Below, piece after piece: positions 24,474 to 38,016 of a stretch of DNA of 64,000 nucleotides; the stretch's first letter is position 1, and the number at the start of each line of letters is the position of its first letter. Both the position numbers and the translations under genes were made by a program. Source of the DNA: Botryllus schlosseri (taxonomy: Eukaryota). The DNA lies in the NCBI GenBank assembly GCA_051294905.1, contig CM119371.1, positions 6,388,001 through 6,452,000 of the forward strand, given 5' to 3'. A model generated the notes under the pieces. It did not search any database, was not told the DNA's origin, and was given only the letters and a program-made list of their open reading frames with translations.

Positions 24474-27400
24474 GCATTGCTCATGAATGAGCATCAGAAA
24501 GACAAAATGTGTAGAGAGATCGTCTCCATCGCAGTTTGGATCACAAACACGTCGGTGGGTTTCACGTATATTTCCAAGACGAGGATTTTGACGACATCGT
24601 TCTCGAGTTGTGCAAAAGAAGGGTAAAAGCTTGACTATGTTGTTAACTGATATCAAGTAAACGGATTTTGACTTACAGCATTTCTTATGTAAAAAGCTGC
24701 AATTCTAACTCGAAGCACATTTGGAAAAACGATGCAATAATTCTAATCTAATTAGGAAAAAACTTGTTCAGCTATAATACTAATTCTAATCAAATTTAAA
24801 TAAAGATTGTGTGACTGTAAGCTAGTTAAGAAAAGCTGTTAGACAACTCTGATCACAAGGGCTGGTCGCAATGATTTGAGTACTCAAATCTAAATCGAGT
24901 AATTTATCAAATGATTCGAGTCGAGTAGGGGGATATGGTTTTTAAAACGGTACTGAAATGATATGCTCCTTACCATAAGAGTCAAAAATTATCAACAATA
25001 AACCTAGCTAAACCTACCTGAGAGGTAATTTACCAATGAGAATTGTGTTTTCGAAAGGATTTCTCACTGTGGAATGATGCAAATCTCGATTGATCGTATC
25101 TTAGCATACGAAATATGTAGTACGAAGCTACTGACGTTAGTGGAAATGACATAGCTGTGAAGTCGTGATCAAGCCACAGCATCGTCAAAAAGTGCAATGA
25201 AATAGGTGTGGTCCAAAAAGCTGCAAAACTGGGATTGCATTATTTGTGGTCACATGAAAAGTACATATTTGAACTTTATACATCATTCCTGGTGTTAGTA
25301 CGACATAACGAGTTCTAACTCGAAGCCCAATAGTCGAAATATCAAGTTAGCACCATGAAATAACCTTTCTAACTTGAAAGGTTCACCGATCTGCAAAATT
25401 TGTTGTCGATTTTTACCTGCCTCCAAGCTCAGAACCACTGATTTATATGTACCCAACAAATATTGCTCTTGATTTGATTCTAAAAGTCCAATGAGCTTTG
25501 ATTTTTGATTGTCAGTCGCTGATGGAAGTTTACATAAGAAGACGCGCCATCACGGAAGCTGAGACTCGTTCTTACATGCAACAAACTCTGCTTGGAGTGG
25601 TTTATCTTCACAACTATATGATCATTCACAGAGATATCAAGGTAACATTGCTTGCAGTAGTGCAGAGTACTTTGTCAGAGGTGGTCCGTAATGAAGTGCT
25701 TCTGGTTTTTCACAGCATCAAGTCAGATTTGGACAACTAGATAATTGTAGTTGCCTAATTTAACTAATTCGAGCGAAAGCCAGTAACCTAATTCTAATGT
25801 AATTGCAAATGTACTCTCATTGTAATTCTAATATAATTTAAGTTTCCCTGAAATTGCCACAGGAGAGCTGTATCGTGCGAAACGAGCCAAGTTTGGTTTA
25901 CAGGCATCTGCTATTATCGTGCTTACTCCGATTTGATATTACCCGAACTTCATTGAATGTCCAAGGTTTCGCTAATTCAGTAATTCCAATTATAATCTAA
26001 TTTTGAAAAACCTTTCTAATTATAGTCTAATTTGGAGATATACTGTTTAGCTTCAATTATAAGTATAATCTAATTCGTCATAAACTTTTAAACTATCATT
26101 CTAATTTAATCTAATTTCGAAGAAACTTTGTAGCTGTCAATCTAATCCTAATATAATTGAGTAGTATATTCATATTGAAGTGAACCCGAATATTTTCGTC
26201 TGACACTTATAGGGGTAATCGTCATCAACTAGTAGAGAATTGAAAAGAACATCGTATGTCAACAATCGCATCACAAAATATGACGTCACCAGAATGAAAT
26301 GTCGAATACGAGAGCATTCAATGTACTATTTTAGATGATGCACGAACTCTTTTTGTTGACACAGCCTTGGCTGGTGTATTTTGATAAAAGTCGACTCCAA
26401 GGCACACAAATGAAAGTGTGAATGACCCTTTCCGAGCATGCGAAATCTGTCGTCTAGCTAATTAAAATATGTGCAACTAACTTAACTAGAAACATTGCTA
26501 GATAATAATAACAATTGACAGTACGAATAAGGAATAACGGATTTGCAAACGGGCGACCGTACTAAGAAATATCACACATGGCATCAGTATTTCAAAAGGA
26601 CAGGATTTCCAGTTTAAAATGAGAGAGCTTTCGAGCCCAAAACCCTCCCCATGACTAAGCCTCTGTTAGTATTGATGACTCTGGCCTGGCAATGGCTGCA
26701 AGAACAGCACACAACAAAGCACCAGTGTCAAGATTTGTGTCAACTAGTTGTTCGTAAACTAATTTTTTAGAAATGCCCATCTAGAACTAGAACTACTCAC
26801 AAATACAATAGCTAGTAGACCATCAACCAACTAGGTTGGTACTTGGTACATGTCTCAATAGTTGTGTGACTGGATTTGTCTTGACAGCTGGAGAACCTCT
26901 TCCTCAACAACAGCATGGAGAGGAAGATTGCAAGTTTTGGCCTAACTACCAAAGCCAACTTTCACACCAAAACAAAGACCTCTTTTTGGGTCAAACCTAA
27001 ATATATTGCCCTGGAAGGTCCCAGTAACAATGGACACAGTTTCGAAATGGAACCTGGTCACTGAGATGTATTTTGTGAGTATGATTTAACACTACTCTGG
27101 GACCTAATAAAAGTGGTTGCAAGGGCATTAGGTGTAGAAGTTGTCAGATCGAGTGCATGAGTAATTCGATTTTGAATCAAGTATTAGTCTTCGACTCGGG
27201 TTTTCAAGTATTACTCATTATGACGCCATAATAGTATGAAAGGTGTGAAAATTGCCATATGTACCTTTTATGCGACCACAAAGAATAGAATGCCAGATCA
27301 CATTAAGGATGATTTGTTATTTTTTCGACCATTCCTATTTCCTTGCACTTTGTGACAAGGCTGTGTATTGATCACGATTTCACAGAAATATGATTTCCAC

Positions 27401-30400
27401 TAACATTGTACCTTTATACTACATATTTCATATGCTGCGATACGACCAATCGAGGTATACACTGGCCTTTGCAGTGGAAAATTGTACCGAAATTATAAAT
27501 CTTGTATTCATATTAACTTTTTGTGGCAAGAATCGTATCATTTCGTGTCCTTCAAATATCGAGTGACTTTAAACTTGACTCGAGTCACATTAAAAAATCG
27601 AGTAACATGACTTTCCTCGAAAAATCAAATATGGAGTGATTCGATATGACGTGTGACTCGAACACAGTGACACATTTCCAACGTTGCTATACCATGCTTT
27701 TCGCAGCAGGTTGTGTATTGACTAGTCACAATAAGTCACTGCAAAGCAAGCACTGTCCAGTGAGATTTTCCAGGCTGCATTCCACAAAAACTATCGACCA
27801 CCTGCTTGGCTATCACGCCCAGATTTTCGGAAAGTGGACTGGAGCCTAGTTTCAACGGTATGGTTTTTACCATTTTATAATCTGGTTACGGCTGGGCTAA
27901 ATCGAGTTCCTGAGAGACTCGATTCTGGATCGAGTATTTAGTCTTTGAGATGAGTATGGGAGTAACGTCGAAAATAATGTCATAATAGTATGAAAGACGT
28001 GGAAAGTTGCCAGTTACACTTTGTGACAATGCTGAGGGTTGATCATGCCGCGATCACGAATCACAGATATGTCATCAAGGTTTACATCCTTCTACGGTGT
28101 AAAACTGCATCGAAAGAATAATTCTTGTAGTGGCCGCAAAAAAGGTAGATAAATTGAACATTAAACTTATTCCATATCGTTGTCATGCCGTAATGAGTGA
28201 TACTCTATTAAAAGACTGATTGCCGATTTATAATCGAATCAATTGGGTGCTCGATTTCTCCCAGACCTACATAGAACATGAAAATAGCAGCATTTCCTGT
28301 AATTTTTTATTGGGAAGGTTCACCGCTATGCAACATTTGTTGTCAAATTTGACCGTCCCACTAGCTCAATCAGGTTGACAACCACTGATTCAGATGTTCC
28401 CAACGAATAATATTGGTGATTTCACTAGGACAATTCAATTTTTTGATTTTTATTGCCAGTCGCTGATGGAGCTTCACAAAAGACGGCGCGTCATCACAGA
28501 ACCAGAGTCTCGTTATTACATGCCACAGATTCTGCTTGGAGTCGGGGTTGCTGTGATACCAGACTTGTACAAACTACTGGATTCATTGAGATGTGCTACT
28601 AGTACTACAACTAGACTTACGCAATTTCCAAAATTTTCAACTAGAACTAATGCCCATTAGGAATCCACAACTAACTACTCAACTAACAGATGAATTACTG
28701 AATTGCAATGAACTAAGAAATAAGAACATCACACAACAGAACAATGGTATCACGATTCACACCAAACGTGTTTTTACTTGCCCGACAACTTCACATTTTA
28801 AATCTGCAACTAGAACCACTAAAAAAGCAGTCGTTTGTTGGCCATCAACCAACTAGATTGGTAATTCGTACAGGTCTGGATGCTTGTGTAACTAAATGTG
28901 AAATTTGTATTGACAGGAGAACCAATTCCTGAGCAACAACATGAAGATTGGAGATTTGACCTAGCTACCTAAGTTGAGTTTGACAGCCGAACAAAGAACA
29001 CGTTTTGCGGCACATCCAACTAAATTGCCCCGGAAGTTCTAAGGAAATAAAGACACAATTTTAAAGTGGACACCCGGTCGATGTGTTGTTTTATGTGAGT
29101 ATGATGCAGCATTGGGGTGTAAGGGTCTTAGATGTAGAGCTGGAAAATATCGCGCACTTGAGTAATTCAAATCTGAATCGAGTCGAGTATTTGAGTCGCA
29201 TTCATGACAGTGTTAACAACATTATGATTGAAGTGCAGAATTGAAATATGTACCTTTTATGCAACCACAAAGAATATAATGCCAGTTCTACATCATAGTA
29301 AAGATGATTTTATATTTTTTCGACCATACCAATTTCATTACACTTGGTGACAATGCTGTGGGTTGATTCCTTCAGAGATATGTCATTTCCACAAATGTGT
29401 GTAGTTTTGTACGACATAACTCGTATGATGCGATATGACCAATCAATATTTCATGGCTTTGACAGCGGGAAATGATGTCAAAACTATAATTCTCGTTGAT
29501 AGATTTCCTCTCACTGGCCAGGAATGTATCATTTTAAATCTAAAAATATTTTCGACTTCCATCCTTAGAATTGATACTCACTCAGTTTACCAATATCCGA
29601 ATCACTATGACAGTCCTAGCCACAAGCGTCCCACTTGATAACTTGATGCATTTTTTGTTTACTCTAGGTCATCGGTTCTCAACCGGGGGTCCGCGAAGCG
29701 TCCGAATTTGCAAAAGGGTTGATAACTTTTTTTCTTTATTTGGATTTAAATCAGAGAAATCACGAAGCACTTTCGCTACATAACTGCTAAAATTTCAGGA
29801 TCACATAAACAGAACGGCTGTCTGTGATGAATTATTCCACTGTGCAAACTCATTGTAATTGGCAAATTATCAACGGAATACTAAAACTAACAATTCACTG
29901 TTGGGGGTGTTTTGTTGGGGTTTTGGAAAAAAGTGGCGTGGAAAGATTTTTTTCCTTGTTATGCATGACCGCTATTCTAGAATAACGTCAAGATGAGCTG
30001 CTAGATTGAAATGACTAGACTGGATGTTGGATTGGTCCACGTATATTGCGATCTTAACCAAAAGGTGTCATCAGAAATTATCATTGCATTAGCTGCCACC
30101 CATACCCATACGTACTTGTGGAAATGAAATTTCGGCACCCAGTGTTATCAAAACAACGTCGCGGATTTTCAAGACACGACCCCGTATTTAAAAAATGCAT
30201 CTACATAATTCGCTTTGAAATAATATAAAAAAACCTTCCCAATTTCTATATAAATAGTAAGCCTATAATATATTTTCAAGAAAAGTCACTTTTCCCTTTC
30301 TTAATACTAGCCTACAGTAAATATATTTCCCCCGGCAGATGACGGTTGCATGATAATAGAGGTCAATTTAAACTAACACTTGGGGGTCCACGGGGGTCCA

Positions 30401-30490
30401 TGAAGGTCCAGAGCGGGTCTGCGAAGACAAAAAGGTTGAAAACCACTGCCCTAGGTATGCAGACATGGTTGGTCGGTAAGGCGCCGTACT
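24474..30490 (+). pseudogene. plk1: Polo-like kinase 1 pseudo-exon cluster 1 (kinase-domain exons, partly duplicated)
   Basis: Exons: 24474-24622 ([10 protein letters not shown]../[22 protein letters not shown], frameshifted); 25516-25641 (SLME..ITEAETR..IIHRDIK); 26888-27074 (LENLFLN..KIASFGL..YIALE..GHSFE); 28460-28543; 28917-29094; 30455-30490 (WLVGKAPY). Most keep AG/GT borders. Confidence 0.88.
29670..30448. mobile_element. hAT (Charlie-like) MITE inserted at a Plk exon splice acceptor
   Basis: Ends CATCGGTTCTCAACC...GGTTGAAAACCACTG. 8-bp TSD CTCTAGGT (29662-29669) / CCCTAGGT (30449-30456), one mismatch. Confidence 0.8.
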
Positions 30491-30546
30491 GGATTTTCAA
30501 ACTGTGCAACCATAGCACGACTCGCTTTCCAAAATGTGCAACTACA

Positions 30547-33500
30547 AGTAGTATATACGATCGCTCGCGAACGGCTATGGGACTCTTATGGCGGGGTGGC
30601 ACGGTGCCGAGAAAACCGGGGGTGGCACGGTGACCCTTATCTCTTATGGCGGGGGTGGCACGGTGACCCTTATCTCTTATGGCGGGGGTGGCACGGTGCC
30701 ATTGTGTCTTATGGCGGGGGTCGCATGGTTACCTTTTCGGGTATAGGCTGCGGCGGCACGGTGCCGTGAAAACTCGTGGTGGCATGGTTACCTTTTCAGG
30801 TATAGGCGCGGTGACAGGGTGACCTTTCAGGAGAGATGATTTGACTAACGTTGTGGGTATAGGCGCGGCGGCACGGTGTTGAATATGTATCAAGTAAATA
30901 GTCACGTGATTGATTCTTAGTTAATGTGTATATTACAAATTAATATATATGACCGATTCGAGTTGATCCCAACGTTTACGGCGAGTGCGACTTTAATATA
31001 TCGTTATTCTTATGGGCGCCGCGATGATTCGTACTTTCGTTGATAGAATGCTAGCGGCATGTCGTACTTTCACCAAAAAGGGTGTGAAATAGTTTGCTGA
31101 ATCTAGGAATCAGTCGCTTGGTTATTAGTTTACCACGGAACCGGCGTAGACGGCGATTCCAATACCAACAATTGCCGCGTTCACATATTAACACTCCAAA
31201 TAGGTGTGAAATAGTTTGCAAACCCTGCGTTCGCTGACAAGATAATGTCTCAGACATACGCGACTTGATGTTACAGGCATATCGATCGCTCACGCGGTGA
31301 AATTTTCGTAAGCAGTTTGGCACAGAGCTTGATTTCACTCGTACGATTTAATAAGTAACGAATAACAGACCGCCAGTGTCGGTAACTTGAATAGCGACAA
31401 ATTGTCACTTATTTCCGCTCTAACCCTAATCCTTTGTGAAGTGAACGCTTATTCAAAAGGGTGTGATATCATTTTAAAATCCTACGACACTCACAGGGTA
31501 ATGCTTCAGACAAAGCGATCCCTCATGCCCGCTCACAAGGTAATATTTCCGTAATTAGTTTGTCACAGAGTCGTCGCAGACGGTGATTCGTAAACCAACA
31601 ATTTGACACTTTCTGGTATGGTCGCTATATGTTTTTGACACTTTGTCCGTGTTTGACTTTAGTTGTATGATAAGAATCATGCGAATATTCAAGCAATGTA
31701 TCAATCGAATGGAATGAAACTTACTACACAGCTCAAGTTGATTCGTATCTGAATGTGTTAATTCGGTACAATTCTAATTAATTTGAGAAATCTTTTTAAT
31801 GTGATCTTTTGATTCGACCGTAATCTGAATATTACTGACACCGACTTTCAGCCACATTGAATTATTCACACATTCCACGCCGCTGTTTTAACAGTTATAG
31901 AATCAATACCAACTATCTCTAACCCGATAATATTCAATCATTTTGGTAATTTACCAACTTTAAATCCATTCGCGGATGTACTAAAGGTAAATCCAAATAA
32001 TCCAAAATGAAATATTTGGACTTTGACATAGTCTGAATTGAAATAGATTGACAAACATGACTACCAACTTTCCCGCAGTCCCATTTCGATATTATATGCA
32101 CATTGATTTGAAACAAGTAATGAAACATTGCAACTCTATTCGCGATCCCGCTTTCCGTTTGTCAAAGAGATATTTTAGCATCTTACCATACTCAAAAGAA
32201 TTCTTCACAACATTAACAATTGTTAAAAATCTAGTTTTCACTTACTTGATTATATCACTACAACTCACAAACTTGAATTAATTCATCCTGGCTGTATTCG
32301 TATGATCGGTCTTTTTTATTCGATTGTAAAGGTCGTTACTATTCTGAAGACAAAGTATTTACTAATCGGTACATATACGATTTGACTTGGACATATTATA
32401 TTTTGAGTATACGAGATTTGAATGTCCGAACAATAACTGAGAATTAATTTATCACAATTAAATCCGTATATTACAGCGTAAAAGATATTGGGGTGTCAGC
32501 AACTCTGTACGGTCGTAGTTACAACCACATTAACTAATCTACCCAGGCAACTCGTCATGATCATTCCTGAAATCAACACAAACACGACCACTGACTTGAG
32601 TTAACCACGAAACAGCATCAAGTTTTAAATCCGCTTGCAGCTGACGGATTATTCGAATGCATCGATGGAGAATATTATTGAACTCGTCGGTATTGTTACT
32701 TCAACAAATTACACCGACTGCGAAAGTTAATATCGAATGGTAAGACTTGATCACATATTTGTTGATCACAGACATGACAAAAAAAACATTACCGAGATTT
32801 TATAAACTAGTCATATTACTCTACACATCTATCAATATCAAAATGCGAGTCATCCAATTTTTCTACTAAAGTAACATTGCACTTTCGGATTCGGATTCGG
32901 TATAGTCATACAAATTGTATTAAATCCAACATCAAAACAAAAGGAATTTTTTTAGTTTATTGAAATCAAATCATTCGTCTTCGACTTGTGCTTTTCTAGA
33001 TTGCACGCAACAATTCGTTACGAATGAGCTGTAACCAAAGTTAAGAATTCTTTGTGTCCACAGATATAGAAGATGAATATAGCTAACACAATCACGAATC
33101 GACGTTTCAGAGTATTTCACGGATGTAATAAACTTGTTAGTGTCGCCTATCTAAAAGTATGCATGCGTTCGATTTCCATACCGACTGTTGCGATGTTTAG
33201 GATTCGCTTACAATGACAAAGAGTGAGGATTTAACATCAATGTCGTTACTGGAGGTATTCACAACAGAGAATCGAAACATTACACAGTGTGAAAATATAT
33301 CTTTGATATCAAAGCACTATCCCAAGTACACGATTAATACTCAACTCCGTTCACACTTTCTATAGAACGTGCTAAATGTAAAATATCACGAGGTTGCACT
33401 CTAAGACTTTGATCATTACAAAAGTAAATTGAATATGTTTGCTCGACGCATTCAATTCAACTAGAAATGTCTAGTGCACAACAATCGTAATATTAAGGAA

Positions 33501-36500
33501 GTACTTGCTACACTGTAATTCACTAAACGTGTTTTGCATTGTTGTTCATTTGTAGCATTGATTGAAATTGTTTTTTGAACCCTCAAATAATAATTCCCGA
33601 CATGAAACCAAACCGCTGAAAGTCGTTACCAACACAAAGAAACACTTTGTACGATGTTTGCCAAATGTACCCTATGGTTAGGTGTACTAGAATTATTTGT
33701 GTAACACATACACCGACAATGTAATCGAGAATATTTCCGTTGTCATTCGCTAAAGTAAATGTCATCACAATACTCTGTCACTAAAGATCTTACTTGTATC
33801 TGATTGAATCACCGATAATTAACTCGCTAAATCAAACCATAAGGAAATTTCACTCACTCATCAGATATGAAACAGCGTCGCTTAATCGGTGTAGATCGTT
33901 TTTCTAAATGCAAATCATACCTGACCAACAGAAAACAATTTTCACTCACCTTGTAATGAAACCAAGTGGTGGACCTTCGTTCAATATTTTGTTTGTGTCA
34001 AATACTTTGCAATAAACACAGTGGAGTGGTCGAGCTTTACATCAGCAGACTGTAATCTGTAAATCAAGCTTACATCCGACTTGTAACTGTATCGTTTACC
34101 TAACCGAGTTGTATGCACAGTTTGATATTTTTTGTTATTTGGTAATTGCTGAATATACTACTTCGAAATACTCCCTTGAACGTAATTTCCATCATCGTAA
34201 TAATCGAAGTACATTTGTGTCGAATTCGTAACAGCCGACTATGACATGATAAATTTTTGACAAGTTATGCTTGGAAGATTGGTGCATCTCTCGAAAAATA
34301 ATATACCACTCATATTGATACTGTTACTCCATTGACCGGTATTTTCAAACGAGTCGATTTTCAACCGAGCAAAATTTATTACTTGAGTTGTCCCGCTTAC
34401 TATATTTAAATGTAAACTCACCCGTCTTTCAACAACAAACAATGATAAAAAGTACACAAGCAAACACAACAAGTTTTACTTTTGTTGGAGACTAATTATT
34501 ATTCCACACATCTCATTTCATACTATGTGTTTATGAAAGATATTCACGGCACACGAAAATATTCGATATTCCATGCTACGAACATACGCAATGATTGGTG
34601 ACGCTTTCACACTATTTCGATTTAGTGTAACAAAAACAACAACAACAATTTTCACTCTCTTGACTTATGAAAACAACAGACGAACCTTCATTCAATATTT
34701 TGTTTTTGTCAACTAGTTACTTTTTCATGAGACCCCCACAACTCTTACAAAAGTACGAAAGATATTTACATCGCACAAAGTAATCAACTTTACTCGATAT
34801 TCTCACATTACGAAACTAAAGAATGGTTGGTTTGACTCTACAAACTGTTTCGTTACCTCAAGAACTTTATTGTCTGAATGGTTGTTCATGTGTCTTAAGA
34901 ACCAAATAGTTCAACACAGCACTAGTACCAACAGAAACACCAGAGTTGTTAACACAAAAGTTTGCATGTGCGCAGTATGCGAATACCGCGTGTAAGTCCA
35001 GCACAATTGCAGTATCCAACCGAGATTAGTTAACACCAATTTATTACAACGGAGCCACGTAAACTTTCGTGAATGTAAGGCATACTCACTTCTCGAGATT
35101 CTGTCAATGTCATAGCAATAAACCAGCTACTCCAACAACAGAGTACATACGTTTTCTAGTGACGACTCTCGAATCTTTCACATAGATCAAACTACTTTGC
35201 TAACGAAAAGTGCTGAGTCATCATATGGTTATCCTCACTAGTAAAACATACTATCATACAAAATGGTCGTTATAGTTTGCACACCAACGGTACATCGTAC
35301 AAGTAACAAGTCTCGAGAATCCAGTTATTCAAAAAACGTGAAAGTATTTCTACACCAAGTCGTTATGTTGACGAAAGCGTATATTGTAATATCATGATCG
35401 ATTTGCATTCGTTGGCCACAAACTGTCACTACTCTAAATAATTCTTTTTCACTCAAACACAAACGCATATTTGTCACCATTCGTTTTCATCAAGCACGGG
35501 TTCAGGAAACTTACTTACTACGACATGAATTTTTATGTTGTGTAAATAGGTAATAATTAAATCAAGTAACGCTATATCAACATCATCGACTTGTGCTAAT
35601 AGATTTACATGCGGTCTTGTGGTTTTCGTCGGGACATACAGCACGAACTAACTGTAGACTCCTCTCTGTTGTACAACTACTCGGTAATCGAAATGCATTA
35701 ACATGTAAACAACGATCTTGTTTCGTCACACCAAAAATATGTTCACTGTCGCGATACTCCGCACAAGACGTGCATAACCTTTTCACACTCGTAATAGTAT
35801 ACCAACGTCAAGCGATAACGTTTAACAAGACCAACGACACTGAACCCACAACGTTTACCTATGTAAAATTAGCACTTTCACTTGCCAGTCCATCGTTTAC
35901 CTGACTAAACATATTATTTTCCTTTGGAGATCTGACGTTTACCCAGAGTAAGAAACCATTTTCACTTGGAAATATATTTTTTCTCTGGTTAACAAACCTT
36001 TTTTCACTTGGAAATATATTTTTTCTCTGGTTAACAAACCTTTTTCCCTGAGCAACACACCATTTTGACTTGGTGGTCGTCGTTTACCCGAGTAAAAATA
36101 TCATTTTCTTTGGAGATCCGGCGTTTACCCAGTGTAACAATACATTTTCACTTGGAAAAACACTTTTACCTAGAGTAACTAATCATTTCTCCTGTGTAAC
36201 AAACCCTTTTCGTCTGGAAAACTATCATTTGCCTGAGTACCAATACAGTTTTCACTTGGAAATCTATCTTTCACCTGGGTAACAATACCATTTTCGTTTT
36301 GAAAATTGACAACCACACCGAACAATTTGATATTTTTGTATATTGTTACAACGGGCAGTGACAAAATATACACCAACAACGACTCCGATACATTTGTCTA
36401 ATCAAATATTCACTTGCTCTGATGCATCCCATCGAAATCATTGGTTACTCGCATGCAATAACAATGTGCTGTTGTACATCGACATGTATGTTTTCGTAAT

Positions 36501-37033
36501 TGGGGAATAAAGGGGTTTCCGATATGGCCGCGATATGGTTCGCGCTTTGGATTTTCCAGAGTCAAAATGTCTGAATAAAACACCTCCTCGACTTTGGTAA
36601 CTGGTTGGTACACGGATAATGATGTTCGGAAAACGGATGAATTTATGTTCCCCATCGCGCTAACAACTCCGGGTTACTTGTGAGTTTCCTCAGGTCTGTT
36701 TACTATATTGTGTCTTTACCGGTCAATACATGTCGCTCCAGTCAGCTGAAACCGGATCACTAATATGAGAAAGTGTGTGGGCCTGATCCGGATATTCACT
36801 CATGAACCAACGACCAATATTCAAGTAAACATGTTACAGACCGTGTTTTGTCTCCATGAAAAATACCAATGCATACACCATCACATACAAGTAACGTCAC
36901 GATTGTTCACAAGTATTCGCGTAAACGAGGTGTACATACAATGTGTCGGTGTACAAACATCATGGAAAACAAATTCATGTTCTCAAGTATCATCATGCGA
37001 CGACTCTGTACATTCAATGTTGGCATAGATGAC
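30547..37033 (+). repeat. Left arm (6487 bp) of the giant inverted repeat
   Basis: Reverse complement of 38017-44470. It carries one extra 33-bp unit near 30624-30689. Confidence 0.97.
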
Positions 37034-38016
37034 ACACGACATGATACAATGGACAGTGCATTATGCATACCGATATATTCTCAGTCAAATATGCGAACCG
37101 TGTACTATCGCGCATCCCGATTTTCGCTGAATATCCACAACACCAACAAATCTGTACATTTCTTTTCCCTCGACCTCGACGATAGAGTTATCATCCCAAT
37201 GTACCTATCGAGTGTATGGTTCATCAGGTGTAAAATCCAAATCAAATGTCACCAAGGTATCGTTTTTCATTTTCAATATTTCCACCGCTGCATCTTGTCT
37301 GTGTCGTAAAACAACGGTGTGGGGCCAGAGGAATCTATGGACAGTTACGCGTAGTCCCATATTTACTCGTGGGTATACTCAGGTAACGACAACGCTTTCT
37401 CAGTGGTCTGCGTGGGTGAACCGTTTCAATACGTAGCTGGATCAACTAGACCAAAAGTTTCCAACAGTGATTTATGTTGACCTGTCGAGTTACGAGATAG
37501 CACCCTCTTGCGGTGTGATTAACACGAAATAAGCCTTCAACTCACAGAGACACACCTTGGATTACATTATCTAATCGTAATCGAACTCGAGATTCACACA
37601 CACACAGAGTCCCTGTTTACGATTTCAATCCGGAGTCACTGCTCACGATGTTTATCTGTAGTCGTTATGTGGGAGTAGCGACATCTGACATATTCATCGC
37701 GTGAAAGATTGATAACGACGGTGATCGCCAAATACATTATACCATGTGAAACACTGCGGCCTCAGCAAAAAAGTTCGCAGGTTAGCACGAACAATACGTG
37801 GTGGGATTGAGCGAGTTACGCAACCCAATTTTACTATATGTCGAAGTCTGGATCACGATACAAGTCTACCTGAGAATCCGAACAATCTTGCAAAATCAAG
37901 GTGTGAACCCGTGAAAGGACTGTACTCGTGTGAGATTGATTTTTCACAAGTTGGGTGGAGGTCGGTTCATACTAAGACCATGTTACGTCCAAATATGGCT
38001 GCTTGCCTGTCTCCAA
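37034..38016. other. Unique 983-bp central spacer of the palindrome
   Basis: Symmetry stops at ..ATAGATGAC(37033) and resumes at GTCATCTAT(38017). Confidence 0.93.
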
